In this document: piece after piece, positions 1-11,310 of the stretch
Position numbering within the stretch: position 1 is the stretch's first letter
How the letters are laid out: each line of letters starts with the position of its first letter
Origin: Nitrospirota bacterium
GTDB lineage: Bacteria > Nitrospirota > UBA9217
Assembly (NCBI GenBank): GCA_963790205.1
Contig: CAWBNQ010000001.1
Location: forward strand, 1,056,001-1,120,000
Length of the DNA: 64,000 nucleotides
Direction: 5' to 3'
Notes under the pieces: generated by a model
Told to the model about the DNA's origin: nothing
Seen by the model: only the letters and a program-made list of their open reading frames with translations
The model's database searches: none
Position numbers and translations under genes: made by a program

Positions 1-222
1 TGCAAGGTTTACGGTCCAGACCTTCTCCGGAAGAAAACTGTCCGGTCCGCCTTCGATGAGGTATTTATCGTGCTTTTCGGTAAGGATTTTACCGCCAAGA
101 CGGCCGTTCTTTTCGAGCAGCAGAACGTCAACGTTTTTGCCGTGGGCCTTGGCCCCTGCCTTGAGATGGACGGCCGCGGCAAGGCCGGCGATACCGCCGC
201 CTATAATGATGATTTTCGGCAT
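1..222 (-). CDS. hemY: Protoporphyrinogen/coproporphyrinogen oxidase (HemY/HemG FAD family), 5' part; runs off window edge
   Basis: Manual translation MPKIIIIGGGIAGLAAA...LLEKNGRLGGKILT...IEGGPDSFL: Rossmann GxGxxG plus the HemY EGGPDSF motif; directly downstream of hemH. Confidence 0.88.
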   Translation of the reverse strand, partial: MPKIIIIGGGIAGLAAAVHLKAGAKAHGKNVDVLLLEKNGRLGGKILTEKHDKYLIEGGPDSFLPEKVWTVNLA

Positions 223-330
223 ATGGAACCCCTTTTAAGAAAGCCGAGTGACGATGGACGATTGTTCGCTGCGCTCACGTGGACGACGGACGCAAGGATT
301 TTTCGTCCCTCGTCTCTCTTCCTTTGTCTC

Positions 331-1230
331 TCACCTGTCTGCTTTTTTAACGATGTCCGCCAACGCCTTGATAAAGAGGGGCGAAGTATTGAGCGAACTT
401 ACCCGCTCGAAGATGAGCCCCAGTCCCGTGGCATATTTCCGGTGCACGATGTCGATGTCGTAGAGCGTCTCCAGGTGATCGCACGTGAACCCGATGGGGA
501 CCTCCAGGATATAGCCGAATTTTTCCGCTGAGGCCCTATCGAGGACCCTTTCCACCTCGGGTTCGAGCCACGGCTCCGTCGCGCGCGTCCCCTTGCTCTG
601 CCAGGCAATGCGCCATCCTTTTATGTCGATTCCCTCGGCAACGAGTTTTACCGTTTCCTCAACCTGCTTCTGATAGGGATCGCCGGCAGTGACGTATCGC
701 AGAGGAATGCTGTGACTCGTGAAAATAACGACAGCATATTTTCTCTGCGTCTCACGAAAGCGCTTCTGAGCGTCGTTCACCTTCTCTTGCCACGCGCTGA
801 TAAAGAGTGGATTGTCGTGCCAGCTCGGGATGAAGATTTTTTTAATGTTCTCCCCGCCGAGCGCTTCGAACGCGCTCCGGTAGGCGCCGGTCGTGACTTC
901 CGTAGCAAAAGGAGACATGGAGAGACCGATGACGCGGTTTGCACCTTCCCGGACCGCCCTATCGAAGGACTCCCCGATAGAGGGCGAAGAGTATCGGAAT
1001 CCCGCGTAAACGCGGAAGCCGTGGCCGAGTTTTTTGGCCAGGGCGTCAGCCTGCGCTTGTACGAGGTCGGGCAAAGGTGATTTTCCGCCGATCAGTTCGT
1101 AGCGCTCGATCACGGCTTGGACAACAGGAGGCGGCGCGGGCCTTCCCATGAAGGCGGTCATGAACGGGCCGACCTCGTCGGGGGAGTGCGGCCCGCCCAA
1201 GGCGATAAGAATTATTGCTGTATGAGACAT
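331..1230 (-). CDS. hemH: Ferrochelatase
   Basis: LGGP, RYELIGGKSPL, FTSHSIP, WQSKG..PWLEP, GFTCDHLETLYDID motifs; start moved to ATG 1230 because the upstream extension is translated repeat sequence. Confidence 0.95.
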   Translation of the reverse strand: MSHTAIILIALGGPHSPDEVGPFMTAFMGRPAPPPVVQAVIERYELIGGKSPLPDLVQAQADALAKKLGHGFRVYAGFRYSSPSIGESFDRAVREGANRVIGLSMSPFATEVTTGAYRSAFEALGGENIKKIFIPSWHDNPLFISAWQEKVNDAQKRFRETQRKYAVVIFTSHSIPLRYVTAGDPYQKQVEETVKLVAEGIDIKGWRIAWQSKGTRATEPWLEPEVERVLDRASAEKFGYILEVPIGFTCDHLETLYDIDIVHRKYATGLGLIFERVSSLNTSPLFIKALADIVKKADR

Positions 1231-1240
1231 TCCAGTAAAT

Positions 1241-1364
1241 TCCAAACTCCAAATTACAAATCCCAAATAAATTCCAAATTCAAAATTCGAATTTTTAAAA
1301 TGTTTGGAATTTGGCGTTTGGTCATTGGTGCTTATTTGTGATTTGGTGCTTGCGATTTGTGCTT
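1241..1364. repeat. Intergenic heptamer-periodic quasi-palindromic repeat (CCAAATT-like / ATTTGGT-like arms)
   Basis: tccaaac-tccaaat-tacaaat-cccaaat... followed by complementary atttgg/atttgt units; similar element at ~54209-54326. Confidence 0.7.
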
Positions 1365-1365
1365 A

Positions 1366-2397
1366 TTATCTTCTGCTCAGTTCATGCGTCGCATTGATGA
1401 ACTCCGCGGCGTTTTCGAGCGGCGTCTGCTGCAGGATGCCGTGTCCCAGGTTCATGATGTGGCCGCTCCTGCCGCCGGCGCGGTCGAGGATTTCCTTGGT
1501 GCGCTTCCGGATGAACTCTTTCGAGCCGAAGAGCGAGACGGGATCCAGGTTACCCTGCACGGCCTTGTCAAAACCCACGCGCTTCCAGGCTTGGTCGAGG
1601 TCGCAGCGCCAGTCAAGTCCGATTACATCGCCGCCGGCTTCTGAAACCATTTCGAGGAGGTGCGTTGCGCCGTGTGCGAAGTGGATGAGGGGCACGGTCT
1701 TCTTGATACCGGCGATCACCTGCTTCTGGTGCGGGAGCACGAACTCGCGGTAGTCGCTCGGGCCCAGGGCGCCGACCCAGGAGTCGAAAAGCTGAACGAC
1801 CTGCACGCCGGTATCGATCTGGGCGTTCAGATAATTGATGATGACGCCGGTGAGGTGTTCCATGAGCTTGTGCCAGGTCTTGGGTTCCGCGAACATCATG
1901 GCCTTGGCATGCTCGTAATTGCGCGACCCGCCACCTTCAATAATATAGGATGCAAGCGTAAAGGGCGCGCCCGAGAAGCCGATCAGCGGCACCGTGCCGT
2001 TCAGTTCCTTGAGCACGATCCTGATGGCCTTCATGAGATACTCGATCTGCGTTGCCGCGTCAATCGGCTTGAGCTTCTGAACGTCGGCCATCGTACGCAC
2101 CGGGTTATGGATCACCGGGCCCTCGCCCTTGGCGAACTCGAGGCCGATGCCCATCGGCTCGAGCGGCAGCAGGATGTCCGCGAAGATGATGGCCGTGTCG
2201 ATCTCGAAGCGCCGTACGGGCTGGATTGTCACCTCGGCCGCGACTTCCGGCGTCTTGCACATCTCAAGGAACGTATGCTTCGCCCGGATCTCGCGGTATT
2301 CCGGCAAATATCTCCCCGCCTGGCGCATCATCCATACCGGCGTGCAGTCAACCTGCTCCCGCCTGCATGCCTTTACAAACCTGTCTGCTCTGGACAT
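1366..2397 (-). CDS. hemE: Uroporphyrinogen decarboxylase
   Basis: PVWMMRQAGRYLPEY, IIFADIL, GFSGAPFTLASY, NLGHGI motifs; RBS CAGGAG upstream of ATG 2397. Confidence 0.97.
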   Translation of the reverse strand: MSRADRFVKACRREQVDCTPVWMMRQAGRYLPEYREIRAKHTFLEMCKTPEVAAEVTIQPVRRFEIDTAIIFADILLPLEPMGIGLEFAKGEGPVIHNPVRTMADVQKLKPIDAATQIEYLMKAIRIVLKELNGTVPLIGFSGAPFTLASYIIEGGGSRNYEHAKAMMFAEPKTWHKLMEHLTGVIINYLNAQIDTGVQVVQLFDSWVGALGPSDYREFVLPHQKQVIAGIKKTVPLIHFAHGATHLLEMVSEAGGDVIGLDWRCDLDQAWKRVGFDKAVQGNLDPVSLFGSKEFIRKRTKEILDRAGGRSGHIMNLGHGILQQTPLENAAEFINATHELSRR

Positions 2398-2497
2398 CGA
2401 TGGTCTCCTGACGTGTTTAAAAGTTTCGACGCAAGGCCCATAATAGTATTTTATGCTGGAAAACTCAAGGGAATTTTCTTGTGACCCGCGGTTCTGC

Positions 2498-3265
2498 TTA
2501 CTCTTTTTTCCTGAATGAGAGCGCCGCGAGGGTGAGCATGATAATGGATATGGCCGTGACGATGAAAAGATCCAGGGAGAGCGAAAATTCCGGACCGAGG
2601 GGAGGCGTGGCGTTTTGAAGCAGCACATGCTTGAACGCGTCGACGCCGTAGGTAAGGGGATTGATCTGGGTAAGATGCCGCAGCGCAGGAGGCATGGACG
2701 TTACCGGGTACATGGCGCCGGAGAGGAACAGCATGGGCATCACGAGGAAGTTCATGATGATGTTGAACCCGTCAAAGGATGTGAGCCGAGCGGCGATCAG
2801 AATTCCCAGCGAAGTGATGCAGAACGAGACCAGCACGGCCACGGCAACAACCTCGACAAACTGCATGATCGTGAGGTGGATGCCGAGGAACGGGGTAAGA
2901 ATAAGGATTATGATCGCCTGAGCGACCGATATGAATGTGCCGGATATGGCCTTGCCTACGACGATGGACATGCGCGAAATGGGAGCCACGAGCATCTCTT
3001 TCATGAATCCGAACTCCCTGTCCCACACGATGGAGATAGATGAGAAGATCGATGAAAAAAGAATCGTCATGCCGATCATGCCGGGGAAGATGAACTGCAG
3101 ATACGAGAAGCCCACATGGGGCTTGATGAGAGAGTTCATGCCGTTCCCGACCACGAAGAGCCAGAGCACGGGCCGGGCCAGGGTGCCCAGGAGGCGGCTT
3201 TTCTCGCGGAAGAACTTGATAAACTCCCGGATACAGATGACGTAAATGGGTCGGATCTGGATCAT
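2498..3265 (-). CDS. ABC-2 type exporter permease (DrrB-like)
   Basis: Multiple TM helices, DREFGFMKEMLVAP, FLSGAMYP, NPLTY motifs. Confidence 0.9.
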   Translation of the reverse strand: MIQIRPIYVICIREFIKFFREKSRLLGTLARPVLWLFVVGNGMNSLIKPHVGFSYLQFIFPGMIGMTILFSSIFSSISIVWDREFGFMKEMLVAPISRMSIVVGKAISGTFISVAQAIIILILTPFLGIHLTIMQFVEVVAVAVLVSFCITSLGILIAARLTSFDGFNIIMNFLVMPMLFLSGAMYPVTSMPPALRHLTQINPLTYGVDAFKHVLLQNATPPLGPEFSLSLDLFIVTAISIIMLTLAALSFRKKE

Positions 3266-4245
3266 CGCTGCGCCCTCCGGTGGCTTCGGACGAACTCCCG
3301 CGTGACCTCCTTGCCGTTCTGGAGCCCTTCGTCCCTGATGGTCCTGCCGGTGAGCCGGAGAAAGACGTCGTTCAGGGTCGGTTTTTTGAGGCTTACGGAA
3401 AGGGTCCGGACCGGAAGTCCGTGTATCAATTTGGGAATGAGCTCATCTCCCCGCTCAACTTCGAGCGACAGGCCGCCGTTCTCCTCGTGCGCGGCGATAT
3501 TGAACGTCTTTCGTATCTCCTCACGGGCGAGCTTATTGTCGGCGGTCACGAGGTGGATGATGTCCCCGTGGACGGTCCCCTTGAGACGCGCCGGAGTATC
3601 CAGGGCGATGATCCTGCCGTGGTCCATGATGGCGATGCGGTCGCAGTTCTCGGCCTCTTCCATATAATGCGTGGTCATGAACACGGTGATCTTCTCTTTT
3701 TTCCTGAGCATGTTGATGAAGTCCCAGATCGTATTTCGCGTCTGCGGGTCGAGGCCGATGGTGGGCTCATCCAGAAAGAGCACGCGGGGATAATGGAGGA
3801 GTCCGCGGGCGATCTCGAGGCGCCGTTTCATGCCGCCGGAGAACGTCTTTATAAGGTCATGCTTCCGGCCCTGGAGTTCCATGACGCCCAGCATCTCATC
3901 GATCCTTCGCTCGGTGAGCCTGTGGTCGAGGTTGTAGAGGTAAGCATGGAATTTGAGGTTCTCGTAGGCCGTGAGCCCCGCATCGAGCGTTGTGTCCTGG
4001 AAGATGAGGCCGATAGCGGTTCGGACCTCATCCGGGCTTTTCGCGCAATCGTATCCGGCGATCTCCGCTCTTCCTCCGGTCGGGGACAGGAGCGTGCAGA
4101 GGATGTTGATGGTCGTGGTCTTGCCGGCCCCGTTCGGCCCGAGAAAACCGAAGACCTCGCCTTCGCTCACGGTGAACGATATCCCGTCAATGGCCTTGAG
4201 TGCCTTAAACTGCTTAGAAAGATTTTGTACGTTAATGATGGGCAT
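3262..4245 (-). CDS. ABC exporter ATP-binding protein (DrrA-like)
   Basis: Walker A GPNGAGKTT, signature FSGGM, Walker B LFLDEPT; 4-bp overlap with the permease. Confidence 0.93.
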   Translation of the reverse strand: MPIINVQNLSKQFKALKAIDGISFTVSEGEVFGFLGPNGAGKTTTINILCTLLSPTGGRAEIAGYDCAKSPDEVRTAIGLIFQDTTLDAGLTAYENLKFHAYLYNLDHRLTERRIDEMLGVMELQGRKHDLIKTFSGGMKRRLEIARGLLHYPRVLFLDEPTIGLDPQTRNTIWDFINMLRKKEKITVFMTTHYMEEAENCDRIAIMDHGRIIALDTPARLKGTVHGDIIHLVTADNKLAREEIRKTFNIAAHEENGGLSLEVERGDELIPKLIHGLPVRTLSVSLKKPTLNDVFLRLTGRTIRDEGLQNGKEVTREFVRSHRRAQR

Positions 4246-4396
4246 AATCGGATTTCTCGATGCTCAATTCGAAATCTTGAACAATATCGAATGTAGAATA
4301 TCGAAAGACCGGTGTCTTAAACTGGTTTTCCTTTCTTATTCTCATTTTGAATGTGTTCAGGATTTCTCTGTTGGCGTTTCGTGCCTCTGCGTTAGT

Positions 4397-6070
4397 TTAC
4401 CATTCCATCCTGTCCTTCGGCACGTACCAGTGGATAAAGTTGTACATGATGCCGAGCGGGGCGGGTTCGATGCCCTTGAACCGCTTGTGCACGATCGGCA
4501 GGGCATCGGGCACATAGAGGAATGCATAGGGCTGTTCCTCGGCCAGGATCTCGTGAATGCGATAGTAGATCCTTTTCCTCTTTTCGATGTCGAAAGTCCT
4601 GCGTCCCTCTACAAGAAGCCTGTCGACCTCTGCGTTCTTGTATCCGATGAAATTGTATTCTCCCTTTTTCGTCTTGCTCGAATGCCAGATGTCATAAAGG
4701 TCCGGGTCCCGGCCCATGCTCCAGCCCAGGATGATGGCCTCGAAGGAGCGTTTGTCTATCTGATCCAGGAACGCCTGCCATTCCATGACCCTGATGCTCA
4801 CGTCGATCCCCACTGCCCGCAGGTTCTGCTGAATGATCTCGGCGGTGCGGATGCGTTCAGTGTTCCCCTGGTTCGTCAGGATCGTGAAATGGAACGGCTT
4901 GCCGTTTTTCTCGAGGATGCCGCCTCTGTTTTGGCTCTTCCAGCCCTCCTCGGCGAGCATCTTTCTAGCGAGCTCAGGATCATAGTTATAGCTCATTGCT
5001 CTGGGATTGTACGCCCAGGACACATAAGAGAACGGCCCGGTGCATGGTTTCCCGAGCCCGAGCAGGATGCCGTCGATAATGCTTTGCCGGTCGATTGCGT
5101 AGGACAGCGCCTGGCGAACTTTGACGTCGCTAAAGAGCGGGTTCGTCAGGTTATAGCCCATATAGGTGTAGGCATTCGCGGGATAGCGGAACTTGCGGTA
5201 ATTCTCCCTGATCCGCCGCGTCTCGCTCTTTCTGAGATACTGGAGCGGTGTCAGGCCCATCATGTCAACGCCGCCCGAGAGCAGCTCCTGGAACATCGTG
5301 GAGCTGTCGGGAATGATGCGGTAAATGAACTGATCGATGTTCGGCCTGCCTTCGAAGTAGTTGTCGTTTGCCTCGAGAACGATCTTCTGGCCTGCGATCC
5401 ATTCCTTGAACTTGTACGGCCCGGTCCCGATGGGGTGCCGGTTGAACTGGTCCGTGTTAATGTCCTTGCCGTCCAGGAGATGCTTCGGTATCATGCCCGT
5501 GCTCCAGCTCTCGAGCGCCGGCGAAAAGGGTTCCTTATAGGTCACCCGGAAGGTATACTTGTTTACGGCCTCCGCTTTCAAAATATCCATGTAAGAGCTG
5601 CTGTACGGAGTGGCCACCTTCGGATCGATGAACTTCTGGTAGGTGAACAGACAATCATCGGCGGTAAACTCTACGCCATCGTGCCACTTCACGCCCTTGC
5701 GCAGATGAAACGTTATGGTCTTGCCGCCGTTCGAGATGTCCCAGCGTTCAGCCAGGTCGCCGATGAGCTTGATGTCCTTGTCGTATTTCACGAGTCCGTT
5801 GAAGACCTGGTCGTTGATCGTCCCCGACGCCGAATCGTTCGCGATCACCGGGTTCAGCCGCCTGGCGTCGCCGATCGAGCTCTCGACGAAGCTGTTCGGG
5901 TTCCGCTCGGCCTTCTGGCCGCAGGCGGCCAGAAGGCCGAGCATAACAATGATCAACCACAGAGGGCACAAAGAAGAGGAAAGAACCTTTGAACGGAGCA
6001 ACCGTTTGTCCCTCTCTTTCGGGGACTCCTGTGGTGAAGGCATTCCCTCTGGTCTTTTGATGATCTTCAT
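4397..6070 (-). CDS. Peptide/nickel ABC transporter substrate-binding lipoprotein (family 5, AppA-like)
   Basis: Lipobox LAAC, GDLAERW, LRKGVKWHDG..FTADD, PIGTGPYKF; start codon uncertain. Confidence 0.9.
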   Translation of the reverse strand: MKIIKRPEGMPSPQESPKERDKRLLRSKVLSSSLCPLWLIIVMLGLLAACGQKAERNPNSFVESSIGDARRLNPVIANDSASGTINDQVFNGLVKYDKDIKLIGDLAERWDISNGGKTITFHLRKGVKWHDGVEFTADDCLFTYQKFIDPKVATPYSSSYMDILKAEAVNKYTFRVTYKEPFSPALESWSTGMIPKHLLDGKDINTDQFNRHPIGTGPYKFKEWIAGQKIVLEANDNYFEGRPNIDQFIYRIIPDSSTMFQELLSGGVDMMGLTPLQYLRKSETRRIRENYRKFRYPANAYTYMGYNLTNPLFSDVKVRQALSYAIDRQSIIDGILLGLGKPCTGPFSYVSWAYNPRAMSYNYDPELARKMLAEEGWKSQNRGGILEKNGKPFHFTILTNQGNTERIRTAEIIQQNLRAVGIDVSIRVMEWQAFLDQIDKRSFEAIILGWSMGRDPDLYDIWHSSKTKKGEYNFIGYKNAEVDRLLVEGRRTFDIEKRKRIYYRIHEILAEEQPYAFLYVPDALPIVHKRFKGIEPAPLGIMYNFIHWYVPKDRMEW

Positions 6071-6075
6071 ATCGA

Positions 6076-6105
6076 AAAAATAAAGGGGTAGGCAAGGCCT
6101 ACCCC
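6076..6105 (-). terminator. Intrinsic terminator after secG
   Basis: Minus strand GGGGTAGG-CCTTG-CCTACCCC followed by TTTATTTTTT. Confidence 0.7.
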
Positions 6106-6140
6106 GAGAATCAGCGCATCAACATCAATGCATGGCTCAA

Positions 6141-6473
6141 TTATTTTCCCGGCGCCGGCGCGGGAGCCGGCTGAGTAGGCGGCATGAGAGGAACACCAGG
6201 GGCCGGCTGGGCCTGCTCCTGCTTTACCCCTTCCATGACCGAGCTCTTTCTCGACGAGGTGATCGCGAGGCTGAGCGATGTGATCATGAACACCACGGCG
6301 GCGCCCGTTGTGAGCTTGGACAGGAAGCTCTGCGCCCCGCGAGGGCCGAAGACCGTCTGGGAAGCGCCGCCGAAGGCAGCGCCGATATCCGCGCCCTTGC
6401 CTTTCTGTAAGAGAACCATCCCTATCAGGATGGCGGAGACGATGACATGAAGTGATATCAAGAATATACGCAT
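6141..6473 (-). CDS. secG: Preprotein translocase subunit SecG
   Basis: VLLQKGKGADIGAAFGG..QTVFG motif, two TM helices, downstream of tpiA. Confidence 0.95.
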   Translation of the reverse strand: MRIFLISLHVIVSAILIGMVLLQKGKGADIGAAFGGASQTVFGPRGAQSFLSKLTTGAAVVFMITSLSLAITSSRKSSVMEGVKQEQAQPAPGVPLMPPTQPAPAPAPGK

Positions 6474-6500
6474 TTACTACCTCCTCTGAATTGCACAGCA

Positions 6501-6540
6501 GTTTAAACCGTTCAAACAGTTTAAGCGGATCAAACTGTTT
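6501..6540. repeat. Nonamer tandem repeat (GTTYAARCN) between tpiA and secG
   Basis: gtttaaacc gttcaaaca gtttaagcg gatcaaact; same unit at 8626-8660. Confidence 0.7.
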
Positions 6541-6541
6541 C

Positions 6542-7303
6542 TTACTTGAAATTCACCAGCGCCGCGAACGATTCCGGCTTCAGGCTCGCGCCGCCCACAA
6601 GGGCGCCGTCGATGTCCGGCATCGCCATGAGCGCCGACACGTTTTCCGGTGTTACGCTCCCGCCGTATTGTATGCGGAGTGAATCAGCAACTTCCTTGCC
6701 GTAGGCGATCTCAACTTTCTTCCTGATAGAGCGGTGGACCTCGTTGGCCTGTTCCGGCGTCGCGGTTTTGCCGGTGCCGATGGCCCACACGGGTTCATAG
6801 GCAATGACGATTTTTTGCATTTCCGACGCTGTTACACCTTTGAGCGCTCCGGTGATCTGGCGTTCGATCACCTCGTTCGCTTTTCCTGCCTCTCGTTCCT
6901 TGAGGGTCTCGCCGACGCAGACGATGGGGAGCAGCCCTTTGTTCAGGGCCTGACGAAGCTTTTTGTTGACGCTCTCGTCGGTTTCCCCGAAGTACTGCCT
7001 GCGCTCACTGTGGCCAATGATAACATATTTGCAGCCTAAAGCCAACAGCATTTCCGCCGAAATCTCGCCCGTAAAAGCGCCCTTGTCCTCCCAATGCATG
7101 TTCTGGGCCGAGAGGCCGATGGACGTCCCCTTGATCGCCTCTGCGGTTGCCTGTATCGCTGTGAACGGGGGGGCGAGCACGATGTCCCGGCCTGCGACGC
7201 TTGACACGAGAGGGACCAGCTTCTGAGCCAGGTCGCGCGCCTCGGCAGTCGTTTTGTTCATTTTCCAGTTGCCTGCGATAATGGGCCGTCTTTGTGATTT
7301 CAT
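6542..7303 (-). CDS. tpiA: Triosephosphate isomerase
   Basis: AGNWKMN, IIGHSERR, AYEPVWAIGTG, YGGSV, LVGGASL. Confidence 0.98.
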   Translation of the reverse strand: MKSQRRPIIAGNWKMNKTTAEARDLAQKLVPLVSSVAGRDIVLAPPFTAIQATAEAIKGTSIGLSAQNMHWEDKGAFTGEISAEMLLALGCKYVIIGHSERRQYFGETDESVNKKLRQALNKGLLPIVCVGETLKEREAGKANEVIERQITGALKGVTASEMQKIVIAYEPVWAIGTGKTATPEQANEVHRSIRKKVEIAYGKEVADSLRIQYGGSVTPENVSALMAMPDIDGALVGGASLKPESFAALVNFK

Positions 7304-7412
7304 AGAAGACCTTCTTTCTTTCGAAGCATTCACCGCAGAGCTCGCTGAGAAAAAATTTAAGATCCAAAGCTCATGGATTAAATCTTTTCACTCTGCAGTT
7401 AAAAAAGAATCT

Positions 7413-8606
7413 CTACTCGGTATCGTCCATGAGCGCCGAGAGGCCCGGCAGTTCCTTGCCCTCGAGGAGTTCGAGCGATGCGCCGCCGCCCGTGGAGATG
7501 AACGAAATACTGTCGGACACCCCCGCTTTGTGCACTGCCACGTCGGTATCGCCTCCTCCGACGATGGTGAGGGCGTAGGCATCTGCCACGGCCCGTGCAA
7601 TGGCGAATGTCCCTCGGGAATAGGCGTCCTTTTCGAACATCCCCATGGGACCGTTCCAGATGATGGTCTTGGCGTCCTGGAGCGCTTCGATGAAGAGCCT
7701 CGTTGTTGCCGGACCGATATCAAGCCCTACCCAGCCGTGAGGGATCTCTTGGGACGTGACGATCTTGGTCTCAGCCCCGTCATTCATGTTCTCGGCCACG
7801 ACAAAGTCCACGGGCAAGTAAAATTTAACGCCTTTTTCGCGGACGATCCTTCTGATGCGCTGGGCCACATCGACCATCTCCTGCTCCACGAGGGAACTGC
7901 CGACCTCCTGGCCCCGAGATTTAATGAAGGTGAAGGCCATGGCGCCGCCTACGATCACCTTGTCAACCTTGTCCTTGAGGTTTTCGATCACTCCGATTTT
8001 TCCCGATACCTTGGCCCCGCCGAGGATAGCGACAAAGGGCCGAACGGGATTGGCAACGGTCTTCTGGAGGTAGTCGATCTCCTTTTTCATAAGAAAGCCG
8101 GCCACCGAATACTTTACATGCCTGGTGATGCCGTATGTCGATGCGTGCGCACGGTGGGCCGTGCCGAAGGCGTCGTTCACATATACGTCGGTAAGGACAG
8201 CCAGCGCTTTTGAAAAAACTTCATCGTTCTTTTCTTCCTCGGGGTGGAACCGGAGGTTCTCGAGCAGGACCACGTCGCCGGGCCTCATACCCTGTATCGC
8301 GTGCTCGACATCGGGGCCGATGCAGTCGCTCAGAAACTTTACCTCTTTGCTCAGGAGGCGATTGAGCCGTTTTGCCACCGGCGCCAGGCTGTATTTCGGA
8401 TTGGGCTTCCCCTTGGGACGGCCGAGATGGGAGGCGAGGATCACTTTTGCCCCTTCGTCAATGGCGTAGTTGATGGTCGGGAGCGTCGAGCGGATCCTGC
8501 CGTCGTCGGTGATATTGCCGTTCTCGTCGATAGGCACATTGAAGTCGGCCCTGATGAAAACCCGCTTGCCCTTGAGATCAACCTTCTCTATGGTTTTTTT
8601 ATCCAT
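7413..8606 (-). CDS. pgk: Phosphoglycerate kinase
   Basis: [42 protein letters not shown]. Confidence 0.98.
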   Translation of the reverse strand: MDKKTIEKVDLKGKRVFIRADFNVPIDENGNITDDGRIRSTLPTINYAIDEGAKVILASHLGRPKGKPNPKYSLAPVAKRLNRLLSKEVKFLSDCIGPDVEHAIQGMRPGDVVLLENLRFHPEEEKNDEVFSKALAVLTDVYVNDAFGTAHRAHASTYGITRHVKYSVAGFLMKKEIDYLQKTVANPVRPFVAILGGAKVSGKIGVIENLKDKVDKVIVGGAMAFTFIKSRGQEVGSSLVEQEMVDVAQRIRRIVREKGVKFYLPVDFVVAENMNDGAETKIVTSQEIPHGWVGLDIGPATTRLFIEALQDAKTIIWNGPMGMFEKDAYSRGTFAIARAVADAYALTIVGGGDTDVAVHKAGVSDSISFISTGGGASLELLEGKELPGLSALMDDTE

Positions 8607-8625
8607 GATGAACCCCTGTAATCCA

Positions 8626-8660
8626 GTTTAAGCCGTTCAAGCCGTTCAAGCTGTTTAAAC
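8626..8660. repeat. Nonamer tandem repeat between gap and pgk
   Basis: gtttaagcc gttcaagcc gttcaagct gtttaaac. Confidence 0.7.
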
Positions 8661-8665
8661 GGATA

Positions 8666-9700
<1,035 letters not shown>

Positions 9701-9781
9701 TTAAGATGCAAAATGAGTTTCATACAAGAATGCTGTTATTCTACCATATTGAACTTTGCATTTTACTGTTTGGACTTTGCA

Positions 9782-11107
9782 TTACTCTATCTTGTGCACC
9801 ACCAGCCCCGTCAGGAGCTTGGGGTAAAAGTAGGTGGCCTTCTGCGGCATGCGTTCGCCCGCGGCAGCAATTTCCTTCACTTCATTCACCTTTGTCGGGT
9901 TCATGAAGAAGACTATCTCAGCAGCGCCGTCATGGACCCGTTTGTCCGCTTCGTCGGCGTCTTTGATGTATTCGATGTTCAATCCGAGCTTATGGGTCTC
10001 CATCCTGATCCCGAGCAGCTTGTCGATGACCAGGTGGTGGAGGATCGAAACGTCCAGTCTGCGGTACGCAGCGGATTTGCCGGGGAGCAGGGCATCCATG
10101 TCCGCTTCGTTCCTGAGGGTCAGAAGGTAGTAACTATGCTCCCCCTTGACCCGCATCCCGAATACATGGGAGTGGTCAGCACGGTGCGCCATGGTTTCCA
10201 GGACCGTTCGCCGGTCCTTAGACTCCGTTTTTTTGTCGAAATCGATCCGCTCGATATTAAAGTACCGGTTAAGGTCGTCCTCAAAACGCCGAGGATGGAA
10301 GTCTGTCAGATTGAACAGCGCGCGATGCGCCGGGAGGATGGTGAGTCCCGGGTCTTCTATCCGAGCCAGGTACATGGCCACATAATTGTAGGGTTCGTCT
10401 CCGGCAAATGCTCCCGCGGACTTTCGCCGCTCGTTCCGGTAGTTGAGCGCAGTATCATAGCGGTGATGGCCATCGGCTATAAAAAAGGGTTTGTCCGACA
10501 CTTCCCGAACGATGACCTCGATATCGTTCGGGTCGCTCAAGGTCCAAACGCGGTGAGTGACCCCGTCACTGTTCTTTACTTCCATGTCCGGCCGGCGGGC
10601 GGACTTGGCGAGAACGTCCGATACATTCCCCTCGGGGTCGGAAAAAAGCGAAAATATCTGGCTGAAACTCGCCTTGCATGCGCGAAGCAGGTTCAGGCGG
10701 TCAGTCTTGGGACCGGAGAGCGTTGTCTCGTGGGGCTTGACAATGCCTGAGTCGTAATCCTCGATCCTGACTAGGCATATGAGCCCCCGGAGCTTTTTTG
10801 TTGCGCTCCCCGTGGGATATTCCATCTCATAAACATACAGGGCAGGGGTTTCGCTCTGCCGCAAAACGTCCGCCTTAAACCACTCATCCAGAAGCGCAGC
10901 TGCGCGGGTATACCGGTTGTCTTCCGGGGTATCGCCGGGGCTCTCGAGTCCATATTCGAGCCGGACGACGTTATGCGGGTTTTTTCTATAAAGTTCCTGC
11001 TGTTCCGCCGGCGAGATGATATCGTACGGCGGACAGACAAGGCTGCTGATACTGCCCGCTTTTGCTTGGTTATATACTATTCCCTTGAAGGAGGTTATTG
11101 TTGCCAT
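9782..11107 (-). CDS. DUF1015 family protein
   Basis: PPYDII, KPHETT, IADGHHRY, MPQKATYFYPKL motifs typical of DUF1015. Confidence 0.85.
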   Translation of the reverse strand: MATITSFKGIVYNQAKAGSISSLVCPPYDIISPAEQQELYRKNPHNVVRLEYGLESPGDTPEDNRYTRAAALLDEWFKADVLRQSETPALYVYEMEYPTGSATKKLRGLICLVRIEDYDSGIVKPHETTLSGPKTDRLNLLRACKASFSQIFSLFSDPEGNVSDVLAKSARRPDMEVKNSDGVTHRVWTLSDPNDIEVIVREVSDKPFFIADGHHRYDTALNYRNERRKSAGAFAGDEPYNYVAMYLARIEDPGLTILPAHRALFNLTDFHPRRFEDDLNRYFNIERIDFDKKTESKDRRTVLETMAHRADHSHVFGMRVKGEHSYYLLTLRNEADMDALLPGKSAAYRRLDVSILHHLVIDKLLGIRMETHKLGLNIEYIKDADEADKRVHDGAAEIVFFMNPTKVNEVKEIAAAGERMPQKATYFYPKLLTGLVVHKIE

Positions 11108-11310
11108 TCGTTGAATCCTTGCCCGAATCTTGCCGCAAATAAGCTCCAAAAGACTTCTTTTATAGCATAGCGCCTGATTTATTGTCAATATATTTTGCGC
11201 GACCGGGTTGGCCCGGAGCTGCCTTAACGCGCAAACCCTGGGGAATCAGGGGCGCCGGAGCGCTGCCGGGGTTGACAATTTTATTCCATTGTGCGATTAT
11301 CCCACCGCGT

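Noticed and set aside
11195..11272. GC-rich stem-loop with GCAAACC...GGAA...GGGCGC, resembling a c-di-GMP-I riboswitch or SRP RNA
   Set aside because: Lacks the rest of either consensus and lies between two divergent -35 boxes, so it is probably outside both transcripts; an Rfam search would settle it.
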